A stretch of 64,000 nucleotides of DNA from Isurus oxyrinchus (lineage: Eukaryota). Positions 11,572 to 22,379 of the stretch are shown here, piece by piece; the stretch's first letter is position 1, and each line of letters opens with the position of its first letter. The DNA lies in assembly GCA_026770705.1 (NCBI GenBank), contig JANJGN010000052.1, positions 248,001 through 312,000 of the forward strand, read 5' to 3'. The notes below the pieces were generated by a model. It saw nothing but the letters and a program-made list of their open reading frames with translations, was not told the origin of the DNA and did not search any database. A program made the position numbers and the translations under genes.

Positions 11572-14500
11572 CTAATATCTACAGCAGAGACCACAAGTCT
11601 CATTTGGTTCTCTCCAATTACAGCAGTTACAGCAGAATCTGCAGAGCTGCTGTCTGCCCATTCTCTTCTGGCGCTGCAGCAAGGAGCCCTGGAAAAGCAG
11701 GAGCACAATAGGTGAGAACATTCCGGAAAGAAAGAAGGCATCATTTCAATCAGGCGCGTCATTGGAAGGAGGATGGCACATTTCTATAGCGCCTTTCCCC
11801 TCCTCAGGATGGCCCAAAGTGTTCCACAGCTGAAGGAAGGACTTTTTCTGAAGTGAGCTCACCGCTGTAATGTAGGAAACGCAGCAGGCAATTCACGCAC
11901 AGCAAGATCCCACAAACAGAAATGTGATAATGGCCCCGATTTTCAGTTTTTTACCAATGTCAGTTGAGGGATAAATGTTTGCCCCAGGAAAGCGGACATA
12001 ACTCCACCCATCCAGCCCCCACCACCCCCTCCACACATACCCCCCAACTCCTGACGCACTTCATTTAAATTGTGGCCATGGAATCCTCTATATCCACCTG
12101 AGAGGGCAGATTGGTTGCCCCAGTTTAATGTCTCATCTGAAAGACAGCGCCTTCAACAGTGCAGCACCCCCTCAGTACTGACCCTCCGACTGTGCAGCAC
12201 TCCCTCAGTACTGACTCTGACAATGCAGCACATCCTCAGTACTGACCCTCCAACAGTGCAGCACTCCCTCAAGACTGACCCTCTGACAATGCAACACTCC
12301 CTCAGTACTGACCCTCCGACTGTGCATCCCCCCGCCGGTACTGACCCTTCGACAGTGCAACACTCCCTCAAGACTGACCCTCTGACAATGCAGCACTCCC
12401 TCAGTACTAACCCTCTGACAATGCAGCACTCCCTCAGTACTGACCCTCTGACAATGCAGCACACCCTCAATACTGACCCTCCGATAGCTCGGTCATTCCT
12501 CAATTACGCCTGGTGGTCCTTTTAACTCAGAGCTGAGAGTCGCAGAGAATCGAGCAGACACCCTGAACTGACACTTGCAGTGCAAGTACTGGGAGCGCGC
12601 TGGTCATTATCATGCTGCTGTCTGTGGGATCTTACTGTGCGCCAATGGATGATTCTTTTCCCACATTACATCAGTGACCTCACATGAAAGAAAAAAGCAC
12701 TTGATTGTCTGCGAAACACTTTGGGACGTCCTGATGTGTTCGAAGGCGCTAGAGAAATGCAAGTCCTCTTTGTCTTTCACTCGATCCTCTAAGGTGTCTG
12801 TTGATTAACCAGCCTCTCGGTGTTTGATGTAGGCCTGGTTATAAACAGTTAGAAGGATCAAATATCAAAAATGCTTTGGCTGACAGTCAAACCGATTGTG
12901 CATTCGGAGAGATGAGATACGGTCTGCGCACAATGACTCCAGTCTCTGGCACTGACTGCCGCCTGGGATCTCCCTTCCACATAACACTCACAACTTGCAT
13001 TTACACAGCGCCTCTGGCATTGCAAAATGTCCCAGCCCACATTACTGGAGCGTAAATCAGAGAGAAGTCTAACACTGAGTCACATATGGAGATATTAGGG
13101 TTAGGTGACCAAAAGCTTGGTCAAAGATGTCAGTTTTTAAGGAGCGTCTTAAAGGAGAGAGAGAGAGAGAGGCAGAGAGGTTAAGGGAGGGTATTCCGGA
13201 GCTCAGGGCCCCAGGCAGCTGAAGGCATGGCCACCAATGGTGGAGCGTTGGGAATCAGGGGGACCCGGGAGATGCAGTAATGTCAGAGATTTTGGAGGAA
13301 CATCGGGACCGGAGGAGGTGTTCTCCTGCTCCATATCTCTCTCTCTCTTCCTCTCTTCCACTCCTCCTCTCCCTGTCTCTCTCTCTCCTACTCTTCCGCT
13401 CAATTGCCCTCTCTCCCAATCTTTCTCTCCTCTCTCCCTTTTCCTGTCTCTCTCCCTCTCTCTCCCCTGTCTCCTTCTCCCACTCTGTATCTCTCCCTCT
13501 CTCTCACACTATTTTTGTACCTTTCGCTCACTCTGTAACTCTCCCTTTCCTGTTAATTTCTCTCTCTTGGACAATCTCTCTTCCCTTTTCACTTTCCCTC
13601 ACTCTGCATCTCTTCTTTAATTTCTCCCTCTGTCACTCTCTCCCACCTATGTTCTTTCCCTTTCACCCCTCCCCGTCCCACTCTCTGTCTCTCTCTTCCA
13701 ATCCCTCCCTCCCTCATTCCATCCCTCTCTCCGACTCTCGACTCCCAGCCTCTCTTTAACCCACTCCCAGGCTGGATCAGTCTCCCTCTCACTATTCCCG
13801 GCGTGGGTTACATTTAAAATTCCTGTGGGGATATGTTCACTTCCTTGGAATTGCCTCTTCCCAGCTTTGCAAAAAAAGTTGGGGGGGGCTCGATTTCAAA
13901 CATGCCTCCTGAGTATAACCGAGACAGACTGCCACTGAAATCAGCTTGAAATCAGAAAACTTTCTGTGGAAGAAACGAGCAGGGAGAAACCTTAAAATAA
14001 GGAATGAATTTCCACCTACCGTGTCCGGGGAATCCACAGATTTCTCAATCGTCGAAGAACCTAAAGCAGTGTCAACCTGCAAAAAGAAAGAATTTATCAG
14101 GGAGAAAGTGAGAGGAGGATTGAGGGAGAGGGAGAGAGAGAGAGAGAGGTACAGGAGAGAGAGGGGGAGGAGGACAGACTTGCATTTCTCTAACGCCTTT
14201 CACCACATCCCAAAGCATTTCACAGCCACTGAAGGATGTTTTTGAAGTGCACTCACACTGTAGGAAATGTGGCAGCTGATTTGTGCACAGCAAGATCCCA
14301 CAAATAGCAATGTGATCATGGCCTAGATCATCTGTTTTTGGTGATGTTGGGTGAGGGATAAATATTGGTCCCAGGACACCGGGGAGAACACCCCCTGCTC
14401 TTCCTCCAAATAGTGGCTGTGGGATCTTTCACACCCGCCCGAGAGGGCAGACGGGGGACTCGGTTTAATGTCTCATTCAACATTGTTGTGCTCCCTCAGT

Positions 14501-15976
14501 ACTAACCCTTTGACACTGCAGCACTCCCTCAGTACTAACCCTTCGATAGTGCTGCACTCCCACAGTATTGTCCCTCCGTCAGTGCAGCGCTACCTCAGTA
14601 CTGACCCTCCGACAGTGCAACACTTCCACAGTACTGACCCTGTAACAATGCAGCACTTCCTCAGTACTGACCTCCGACAGTATAGCACTCACTCAGTACT
14701 GTCCCTCCAATAGTGCAACACTTCCACACTACTGACCCTCTGACAGTCCAGCACTCCCTCAGCACGGAGTGTTGACCGACGTTATGGGACTGAATTCCCT
14801 GGAGTGAGACTCAGACCAGAGATTTAGGTAGGGTTGTTCCGGCTGGAGGAGGTTACAGAGATAGGGAGGGTTGTAGAGGCTGTAGGAGGTAACAGAGATA
14901 GGGAGGGTTCTAGAGGCTGTAGGAGGTGACAGAGATAGGGAAGGTTGTAGGGGCTGTAGGAGGTTACAGAGATAGGGAGGTGAGTAGGGGCTGTAGGAGG
15001 TTAAAGAGATGGGGGGGGTTGTGGGGGCTGGAGGAGGTTACAGAGGTAGGGAGGGTTGTAGAGGCTGGAGGAGGTTACCAAAATAGATACTGTTGTAGGG
15101 GCCATAGTAGGTTACAGAGATAGGGAGAGTTATAGTGTGGAGAGGACGTTATAGAGTTCATGAGCATTGTAGGGGCTGGAGGAGGTTACAGTGATTCTGA
15201 GGGTCGTGGGGCCTGGAGGAGGTTACAGAGATAGGGAGGGTTGTAGGGCCTGGAGGAGGTTACAGAGATAGGGAGGGTTGTAGGGTCTGGAGCAGGTTAC
15301 AGAGATAGGGAGGGTTGTAGGGTCTAGAGGAGGTTACAGTGATCATGAGGGTTGTGGGGCCTGGGGGAGGTTACAGAGATAGGTAGGGTTGTAGGGGCTG
15401 GAGGAGGTTACAGAGATAGGGAGGTTTATAGGGGCTGGAGGAGGTTACAGAGATAGGGAGGGTTGTAGGGGCTGGAGGAGGTTACGGAGATAGGGACAGT
15501 TGTAGGGGCTGGAGGAAGTTACAGAGATAGGGATTGTTGTAGGGGCTGGAGGAGGTTACAGATATAGGGAGGGTTGTAGCGGCTGGAGGAGGTTACAGAG
15601 ATAGGGAGGGGTGTAGGGGCTGGAGGAGGTTACAGAGATAGGGAGGGTTGTAAGGCCTGGTGGAGGTTACAGAGATAGGGAGTGGCTGAGGAGGGATTGA
15701 AAACAAGAATGAGAATTTCAGGGGAAACGACAGAAGGAAATGATGTTAAATTCATAGAGGGCGACAATATTAAAGGCACGAACATAATAATATCAAACTG
15801 CGGAAGAGACCAGTCTATCTGGGTGGTAGACGTAGAGTCATGTGCAAGAAACACCTCACCCAGAGGGACATCTCTTAGCTTACCCTCGACAAGGAGAAGA
15901 AGTGACTCAGCTGCAGGGAGAGCAGCAAAGTCAGAGTGAACAAGACAAGTCGCCATTTCATCTGGGAGCTTCCCAT
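11572..15976 (-). CDS. HAMP: Hepcidin prepropeptide, left copy (intact); exons 15976-15884, 14076-14020, 11688-11572; 88 aa
   Basis: MGSSQMKWRLVLFTLTLLLSLQLSHFFSLSR|VDTALGSSTIEKSVDSPDT|GSLLQRQKR-MGRQQLCRFCCNCCNWREPNETCGLCCRY*. Signal peptide, furin site, 8-Cys hepcidin pattern, three exons with phase-0 GT-AG introns, upstream TATA-like box. Confidence 0.93.
11780..12155. mobile_element. Deu-domain SINE-like remnant (HAMP intron 2); related copies ~14180-14480, ~25555-25815 and their mirrors
   Basis: Recurrent gcacagcaagatcccacaaacagcaatgtgat...gttgagggataaat motif, recognised as a shark SINE-like core. Confidence 0.6.
12156..12485. repeat. 33-bp minisatellite (HAMP intron 2); a further array at 14490-14765 lies in intron 1
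   Basis: Tandem cagtgcagcactccctcagtactgaccctctga units. Confidence 0.88.
14840..15685. repeat. 39-bp minisatellite (ggaggaggttacagagatagggagggttgtaggggct) in HAMP intron 1
   Basis: About 21 tandem units; longer mirror at 47270-48370. Confidence 0.9.
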
Positions 15977-16045
15977 CTCTGCCTGTCTCTTCTGATCTTC
16001 TGGCTCTGCTTTGATGCTTTGGTTTGTAACTAGAGGAGCTTCCTG

Positions 16046-16195
16046 CTCTTATACCTGAAACACTTGAAGGGGACAGCCGGGGGCGGGTTGCTGTGTGGTA
16101 TCACACCCATTTCTGGATATTGCAGTGTCGATGTTCCCTGTCCCACTGGCCTGGGACCAGCAGTAAGGTCACTGGGACATTGACTGTCTGGCACC
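16046..16195 (-). promoter_or_regulatory. Putative HAMP proximal promoter, left copy: TATAAGAG (16053-16046), GC box (16079-16087), degenerate BMP-RE GGTGCC-AGAC (16195-16186)
   Basis: TATA-like box ~70 nt upstream of the ATG. Motifs were read directly; function is inferred. Confidence 0.55.
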
Positions 16196-16619
16196 GAGAA
16201 CTATCAGTCCCTCCGCAACGCCCTTCACCTTGTGCAGATATGTGTTCATATTGACGCAACACAACATAGCAAAAACAGAGGGGCTGGTTCTTATGTCGGC
16301 AAATCAGGTGAACCGCATGCCCCCTAACCCCTTACTCCTCTCATTGCTACACTTACTATTTTACAAATTGTGTGCGTTGCTTTTATTTTGGACAAGGGGC
16401 CTCGAGGGGGAACTGATTTACGCTGAGGTTTAGGGGTTAACTGTTTACCATGTGGAGACTGTCTGTCACCAGCTTTGTTCATGGTTTATCCAGGAACATT
16501 GAAGGGCATGAACGTTCTTGCTTTGTATGGAACAAGTTACCAACTGGGTTCAGTCATCGACTCAGACTCACATCAACATAAACTGGCTTCTGACAGGTAA
16601 GTTTCTATTACATGAGGGT

Positions 16620-17220
16620 AGGAGGAGGCCATTTGGCCCCTCGAGCCTGCTCCACCATTCAATGAGATCATGGCTGATCTGCAAACTAGCCCCATATGGC
16701 TTTGTCCCATCTCCTTTAATACCTTTGGATAACAAAAATCTATCAGTCTCACAGGTTTAAAATGAACAACTTGATCGTGCATCAGTTCCTGTTTGGGGAA
16801 GAGAGTTCCAAATTTCTCCCACCCTTTGTACTTCCTAATTTAATTCCTTTTTAGGCTCTGACCCTGAGTCCCAGACTCCCCCCAACCAGGGGAAATGGTT
16901 TCTCTTTATCGCCCCCGATCTGTTCCCCTTATTATCATGCGAACTTTCATCAAATCTCCTGCTTAACATTCTAACTTCCAGGGAATACAAGCCGAGTTTG
17001 TGTTTAATCTCTCCTTGTGATTTAACCCTTGGAGTCCCGGTCTCATTCTGGTAAACTGACACTGCTCTCCCTCCGAGGTCAATATATCCTTCCTAAGGTG
17101 TGGGGCCCAGAATGTCTCACAGTGACTCCAGGTGTGGTCTAGCCAGGGCTTTATGTAGACTGAAGCATGACCTCTGCCCCCTTATATTCTAATCCGTGAG
17201 ATAGAAAGGGCAGAGTTCCA
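16620..17220 (-). mobile_element. CR1-type LINE 3' fragment
   Basis: GLEYKGAEVMLQ / LGLYSLE motifs and a CR1 3' tail. Mirrored at ~45685-46285. Confidence 0.75.
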
Positions 17221-18289
17221 GAATTGTTGTGTTTATTCGACAACAGAATAACAGAGGAAGGTTTCCTCTCTGCCCTCTTCAGCCCCACTGGGAAGGTCAG
17301 GATGAGAAGGTTGGGCTGGGTCCCCTGTACTGGACACTCGCTGAATCTTCCAATGATAGTTCTGGGCTGGATTTCAAAATGCATAGACAAGGATTCAGTG
17401 TTCCATCACATTCTGCCTTTGTCTCTTTTCCTCTCGTTCTCTTTCTCTACCATCCTCTCTCTCTATCTATCTATCTTTCTCCTCATTCTCTCCTGCTTCA
17501 TCTCTATCACTTTCTTTCTACTTCTTTGTGTGTCTCTGTCTGTCTCTCTCTCTCTCACTCTTTCTTTCCTTGTCCTTATCTCTTTCAGTGTCTCCCTCTT
17601 TCTCTCTCTCTCTCTCTCTCTCTAAATGTGACCCTCTCTAACAGTTTGGCCCAGTACTCTTATTTCCCTGTTTTACTGGTGTTCCATTTGAAGGTATACA
17701 AGACCAGATCAGACCAGAATGTTTATTTTCCAGTGTTTACTGTGTTTTTTTTCATTCTGGGTGTCTCTCGACTCTGTCTGTCCCTCTCTGTCCTTTTATT
17801 TCATTCTTTCATGTGATGTGGACATCACTGCCTAGGCCAGCATTTATTGCCCAACCCTAATTGCCCTTGTTCAGAGGCCACTTTTTAAAAGTGAACCACA
17901 TTGCTGTGGGTCTGGAGTCACATGTAGGCCAGACCAGGTAAGGACAGCAGATTTCCCTCCCTAAAGGGCATTTGTGACCCAAATACAAGAATCAGCAATG
18001 GTTTCCTGGTCATCATCGGACTTTTAATTCCAGGTTTTTATTGAATTGAAATTCCACCAACTGCTGTGGTGAGATTCTAACCAGGGTCCCAGGAGCATTA
18101 CACTGGGTCTCTGGATTACTGGTCCAGCGAAAATACCATCAGGCCCCCTCCTCCCCACTCTTCCCTTCCACCATCTTTCACAATCGCTCTCTCTCTCTCT
18201 CACTCTCCTTCTCTCTTCCCCCTCTCTCAGTCTCTGTCTGTCTCTCAATCTCTCTATCGCTCTCTATCTCCTGGAGGCTCTCTCTCTGA

Positions 18290-18915
18290 CTGTCTCCCTC
18301 CCTATATCTGTAACCTCCTCTCTCTGTCCCTTTCCTCCAGCCCCTACAACCCTCCCTATCTCTGTAACCTCCACCTGCCCCTACAATCCTCCCCATCTCT
18401 GTAACCTCCTCCACCTCCCACAACCCTCCCTATATCTGTAACCTCCTTCACAAGCCCATACAATCCTCCCTATCCCTGTAACAACCTCCAGCCCGACAAC
18501 ACCCCTATACATGTCACCTCCTCTAGCCACTGTAACCCTAATAATCTCCCAAGCCTCCACCAGCCTTGACAATCCTGCCCATCTCTGTAACATCCTCCAA
18601 CCACCACAACCCTCCCTATTTCTGTAATCTCTTCCAGTCCCTACAACCCTCCCTATCTCTACAACCTGCTCCACCCCCTGCAACTCGCCCTATCTCTGTG
18701 TCATCCTCCAGCCCCTACAACCCTCCCTATACCTGTAACCTCCTCCAGCCCCTACAACCCTCCCTATCTCTGGAACAGCTTCCAGCACTTACAACCCTCC
18801 CTATCTCTGTAACCTCCTCCAGCCCCTACAACACTCCTTATCTCTGTAACCTCCTCCAGCCCCTACAACCCTCCCTATCTCTGTAACCTCCTCCAGCCCC
18901 TGTAACCCTCCCCAT
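18290..18915. repeat. 39-bp minisatellite at the inner end of the left outer arm
   Basis: ctgtaacctcctccagcccctacaaccctccctatct units; shorter mirror at 44255-44610. Confidence 0.88.
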
Positions 18916-18943
18916 CTCTTGAAGGGTTCTCAAAATTTCCAAC

Positions 18944-19304
18944 TGTCAAGGAACCCTGGGTTGGTGAGCATGACCCCTGACCTCTCCTAGTGCAATTTAG
19001 TTAGGGTTTGGGGGTGGGACAAGGGTAAGGGCATTAGTAGCGTGATTCTCCCTCGTTATGCCGTGTGTTCCCCATTCTTAACTCAGTGTACTTTGTAAGT
19101 CTGTATAATCTCAGTGTCATCCTAATGTTATAAGTTCATTTGTGACTTCAGTAAACTCAGTTTTTGTCTTGCACCAAAACCAGTTGTCTGCTGCACTTTG
19201 TGACAAGCCCCGAATAAGTCCAAGGTCTAGAACCCAGGGAGTGGGAGTGATTCAGACGGCTCAGAAGTCGCAGGTGAAGCTGACACACACCACCACACCC
19301 TACA
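18944..19304. mobile_element. Possible solo LTR
   Basis: About 360 bp beginning TGTCAAGG and ending CCTACA, with an internal AGTAAA. No clear target-site duplication. Confidence 0.3.
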
Positions 19305-19585
19305 AGGGGCTGAATGGCCTCCTCCTGTTCCTGTATAACGGACATAAGTGGCAGAATGGCCTCCTCCTGTTTCTGTGTAACAGTCTTGAGGGGGCTGAAT
19401 GGCCTCCTCCTGTTCCTGTGTAACAGTCTCGAGGGGGCTGAATGGGCCTCTTCTGGTTCCTGTGTAACAGGCTCGAGGGGACTGAATGGCCTCCTCCTGT
19501 TCCTGTGTAACAGGCTTGAGGGGGCTGAATGGCCTCCTCCTGTTCCTGTGTAACAGGCTCAAGGGGCTGAATGGCCTCCTTCTGC
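19305..19585. repeat. ~41-bp minisatellite derived from a LINE 3' tail
   Basis: gggctgaatggcctcctcctgttcctgtgtaacaggctcgag, about 7 units. Confidence 0.85.
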
Positions 19586-19859
19586 ACTGTAAACTTGTTG
19601 TGATACTGTAACTGCCTCTTTGGTTTCATTCAGCTGAATCTTCAGCTCTTCAGTCTCTTCCTTGTATCTCTTGCCTTCCTCCTGGAACATTGGACATGGT
19701 TGGGTCTTCCCTGCCAACTGTTTCTTCAGTTTGCTCAGAGCGGCACAGAATTCGCTTTCTTTCTCTTCAGGATTTTCCAGTGGAACCAACTCTGACCTGA
19801 GGGACACTTGCAGCCTGTGAGGATGCTTCAATTCTTCAAACTCATTCCGAGATACACTC

Positions 19860-20525
19860 TCATATTCCCCCAGCAACTCAGCAACTCCTCCAGTGAAACA
19901 TTTCAGAGCAGCTGAGCTTGGTTTTCTGGAACCAGTCTCGGCCCAGAAGACTAGGGCCCTCACCTGTCGCTATGATCACTGGAAGCTGGGCTGTCTGCTG
20001 CCTGTAGGACACAGGTACTGGGACCAGGTCCTTTCCCTGTATGGATTCTCCAGTGTGTGTCTTCAGCTGATCCATTGTTGGCTCTAAATTCAGCGTCTGG
20101 GTTCCTTCATTTAGCTGTTTAAATGTGGGCTCTTCCACCACTGTGTCTGAGGCTCCCGTATCTGCCCCATTACTAGTGGCTGCCCATTCACTTGGGTTGT
20201 GATGGTTATAGGTTCAGTTTTTACCACTGTGACATTGGACAGGGAATAGACATCGGTATCAGCAGCTTCAGGCTCTGTGATATTATTCACTTCCATCATG
20301 TTGGTGCACTGTCTGATGGGCTGTCTCGATTTCACCCTGCATTGCTTTATTACCCGCCCCTTTCTTGTGGCAGTGATGGCATTCTGCCCCCTTGAACCTG
20401 CAGGTGTCCGGTACGAGCTCACTCCCCCCCACATCGAGAACAGGCCAACTTCGGAGTTGCTGCTGAAATACTCCCACGAAGCCTTTTAGTTTGTGGAGCA
20501 GCAGAGACTGTCTCTCGCTTGGCGG

Positions 20526-20560
<35 letters not shown>

Positions 20561-20952
20561 GTTTGAGCCTCACGCCCGGTGGTTGGTTCCTGTCCCAGCT
20601 GAGGACTGGTGCCATGTTGTAAATCCCGCCAGTCTCTCCCAGCACTTTCCATGCCTGGCGCTATTTCCATGGTGCGCTTCAAATCGATGTCGGCTTCTGC
20701 GAGTAAACGGCTCTGAATGGCGTTGGGGTGAACGACACAAACCAATCGGCCCCGCAACATGTCATTGAGTGTGTCTCCGAGGTCCCAGTGCTCAGTCACC
20801 TGCTTCCACTTCACTGTATAGGTTGCGATGGACTCTCCCTGGGCCCTTACTCTGGAGTTAAACTTAAACCTTTTCATTATTACCCACGGCTTCAGCTGAA
20901 AATACATCTTCATGAGGTCGACTAATTGGTGAAAAGATTTAGAATTGGGTGC
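19860..20952 (-). mobile_element. Ty3/Gypsy LTR retrotransposon gag-protease fragment (frameshifted)
   Basis: KSFHQLVDLMK...RFKFNSR...GESIA...LRGRLVC gag, two CCHC-like knuckles (CSRCGG, CHHCHKKG), gat acg gga gcc tca = DTGAS protease motif, GPSLLGRDW. Confidence 0.85.
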
Positions 20953-22106
20953 AATACACGTCACTGTCTTCAGCTCTGAGACTGTCAATCCTCACCGAAC
21001 AATTCTTCCCTTCCAAGTCGCCGATTATTTTAGCACGTCCCACGAATGTGTCCACCCCATAATTGGGATCTTTGGTGTATGTGATGGTATATTTCCATCT
21101 ATACCAATATTTATACCAAGCTCCGTGCAGTGCTGTGTAAGAGTGGGAAGGAAAGTCAAAGCTACACGGAATAACCACACAAGAGCTGCTGATGGCCCTC
21201 CGAGGCAGCGCCTTCATAGACTATCCCTCTGACATCACTCCTGAAAGGCAACAAGGGAGGGGACTGAACATCAAAAAGCAGAATATTACTTCAATGGAGA
21301 GAGTCTACAGAATGCGGTACAGAGGGATCTGGGTGTCCATGTACATGAATCACAGAAAGTCAGCATTCAGGAACAGCACGGAATGAGGAAGGCAAGTGGA
21401 ATGTTGGCCTTTATTGCAAAGGGATGGAGTATAAAAGGAGGGAAGTCTTGCTACAACTATACAGGGCGTTGGTGAGATTGTATCAGGAGCAGTGTGTACA
21501 GTTCTGGTCTCCTTACTTAGGGAGGGATAGACTCTGCATTGGAGGCAGTTCAGAGGAGGATCACTGGGCTGATTCCTGGGATGAAGGGGGTTTGTCTTAT
21601 GAGGAAATGTTGAGCAGGTTGGGCCCTGTATCCATTGGAGTTTAGAAGAATGAGAGGTGATCTTATTGAAACATATAAGATTCTGAGGTGGTGGGGGGTT
21701 TGACAGGGTGGATGCTGAGGGGATGTTACCCCTTGTGGGGGAATCCTGTGAAGCAATAAGGATGTTTTACTGCATTAAAGGTGCTATATAAATGCACTGT
21801 CATTCCTATTGAAACAAGCTCTCTGATGCACAAACAGAAAATGCTGGAGAAACTCAGCAGGTCTGACAGCATCTGTGGAGAGAGAAACAGAGTTGGTGTT
21901 TCGAGTCCGTATGAGACTTTTTCTTTTGCTAAATTCTCTGACTCGCTAATCACTCACTCTCTGTGTGATCACTAACCCTGTTCTCTAAAATTAAACGTTC
22001 ACTTCCTCACTCCAGGAAAGAATCCAATTCCCTGAGTTCCGATCAGTAATGAATTTGTACCTTGCAGCAAGCTGATGAAGATCAATATCAGACCGACCTC
22101 TCCCAT
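20953..22106 (-). pseudogene. Divergent MAG/Siglec-like pseudogene: leader exon 22106-22061, V exon 21240-20953 (truncated)
   Basis: Leader MGEVGLILIFISLLQG|gt and tttcag| acceptor. In-frame TAG at 21223-21221 where Trp is expected. SCVVIPCSFDFP..HGAWY...GRAKIIGDLEGKNCSVRIDSLRAEDSDVY is then fused to gag. Confidence 0.85.
21275..21750 (+). mobile_element. CR1-type LINE fragment in the leader-V intron of the pseudogene
   Basis: YKRREVLLQLYRALVR..EQCVQFWSP; collinear with 62800-63270. Confidence 0.85.
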
Positions 22107-22379
22107 CTTCAGTTCCTCATCTAAATGGAAAATGATAAAGACAGAGACTTTTTCATAAATTGTCCCCAGCGTTTCTTCCTCAAACAACAACAACTTGTGT
22201 TTAAATGGCACCTTTCAGGGAATTAAACAGCCCCAGGGAATTATCTAATGTCAAGACAAGGAAGGAGAGATTGAGAAGGGACATCGCAAACCGATTCACC
22301 AAACACGGCAAAAATTCATTGTTCCCTCACTCCCTGTGCTGGGTGTCCAGCTTTTTCTCTCAGTGAGTTTAGCCCTCAC

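Larger units (their letters stand above)
1..18940. repeat. Left outer arm of large inverted segmental duplication (pairs with 44231-62980)
   Basis: Position 1 (cttccctccttttatactcc) is the reverse complement of 62961-62980, and 18911-18940 matches 44231-44260. Exons, TE remnants and minisatellites are mirrored. The arm may extend left of the window. Confidence 0.95.

Noticed and set aside
15630-15956. 108-aa ORF MATCLVHSDFAAL... and its mirror at 46995-47321
   Set aside because: It is a wrong-frame reading across hepcidin exon 1 into intron 1.
20953-21240. Rearranging Ig, TCR or IgNAR V segment
   Set aside because: The cysteine pattern is Siglec-type (B-E disulfide), no recombination signal was seen, and the apparent YC is created by the gag junction.
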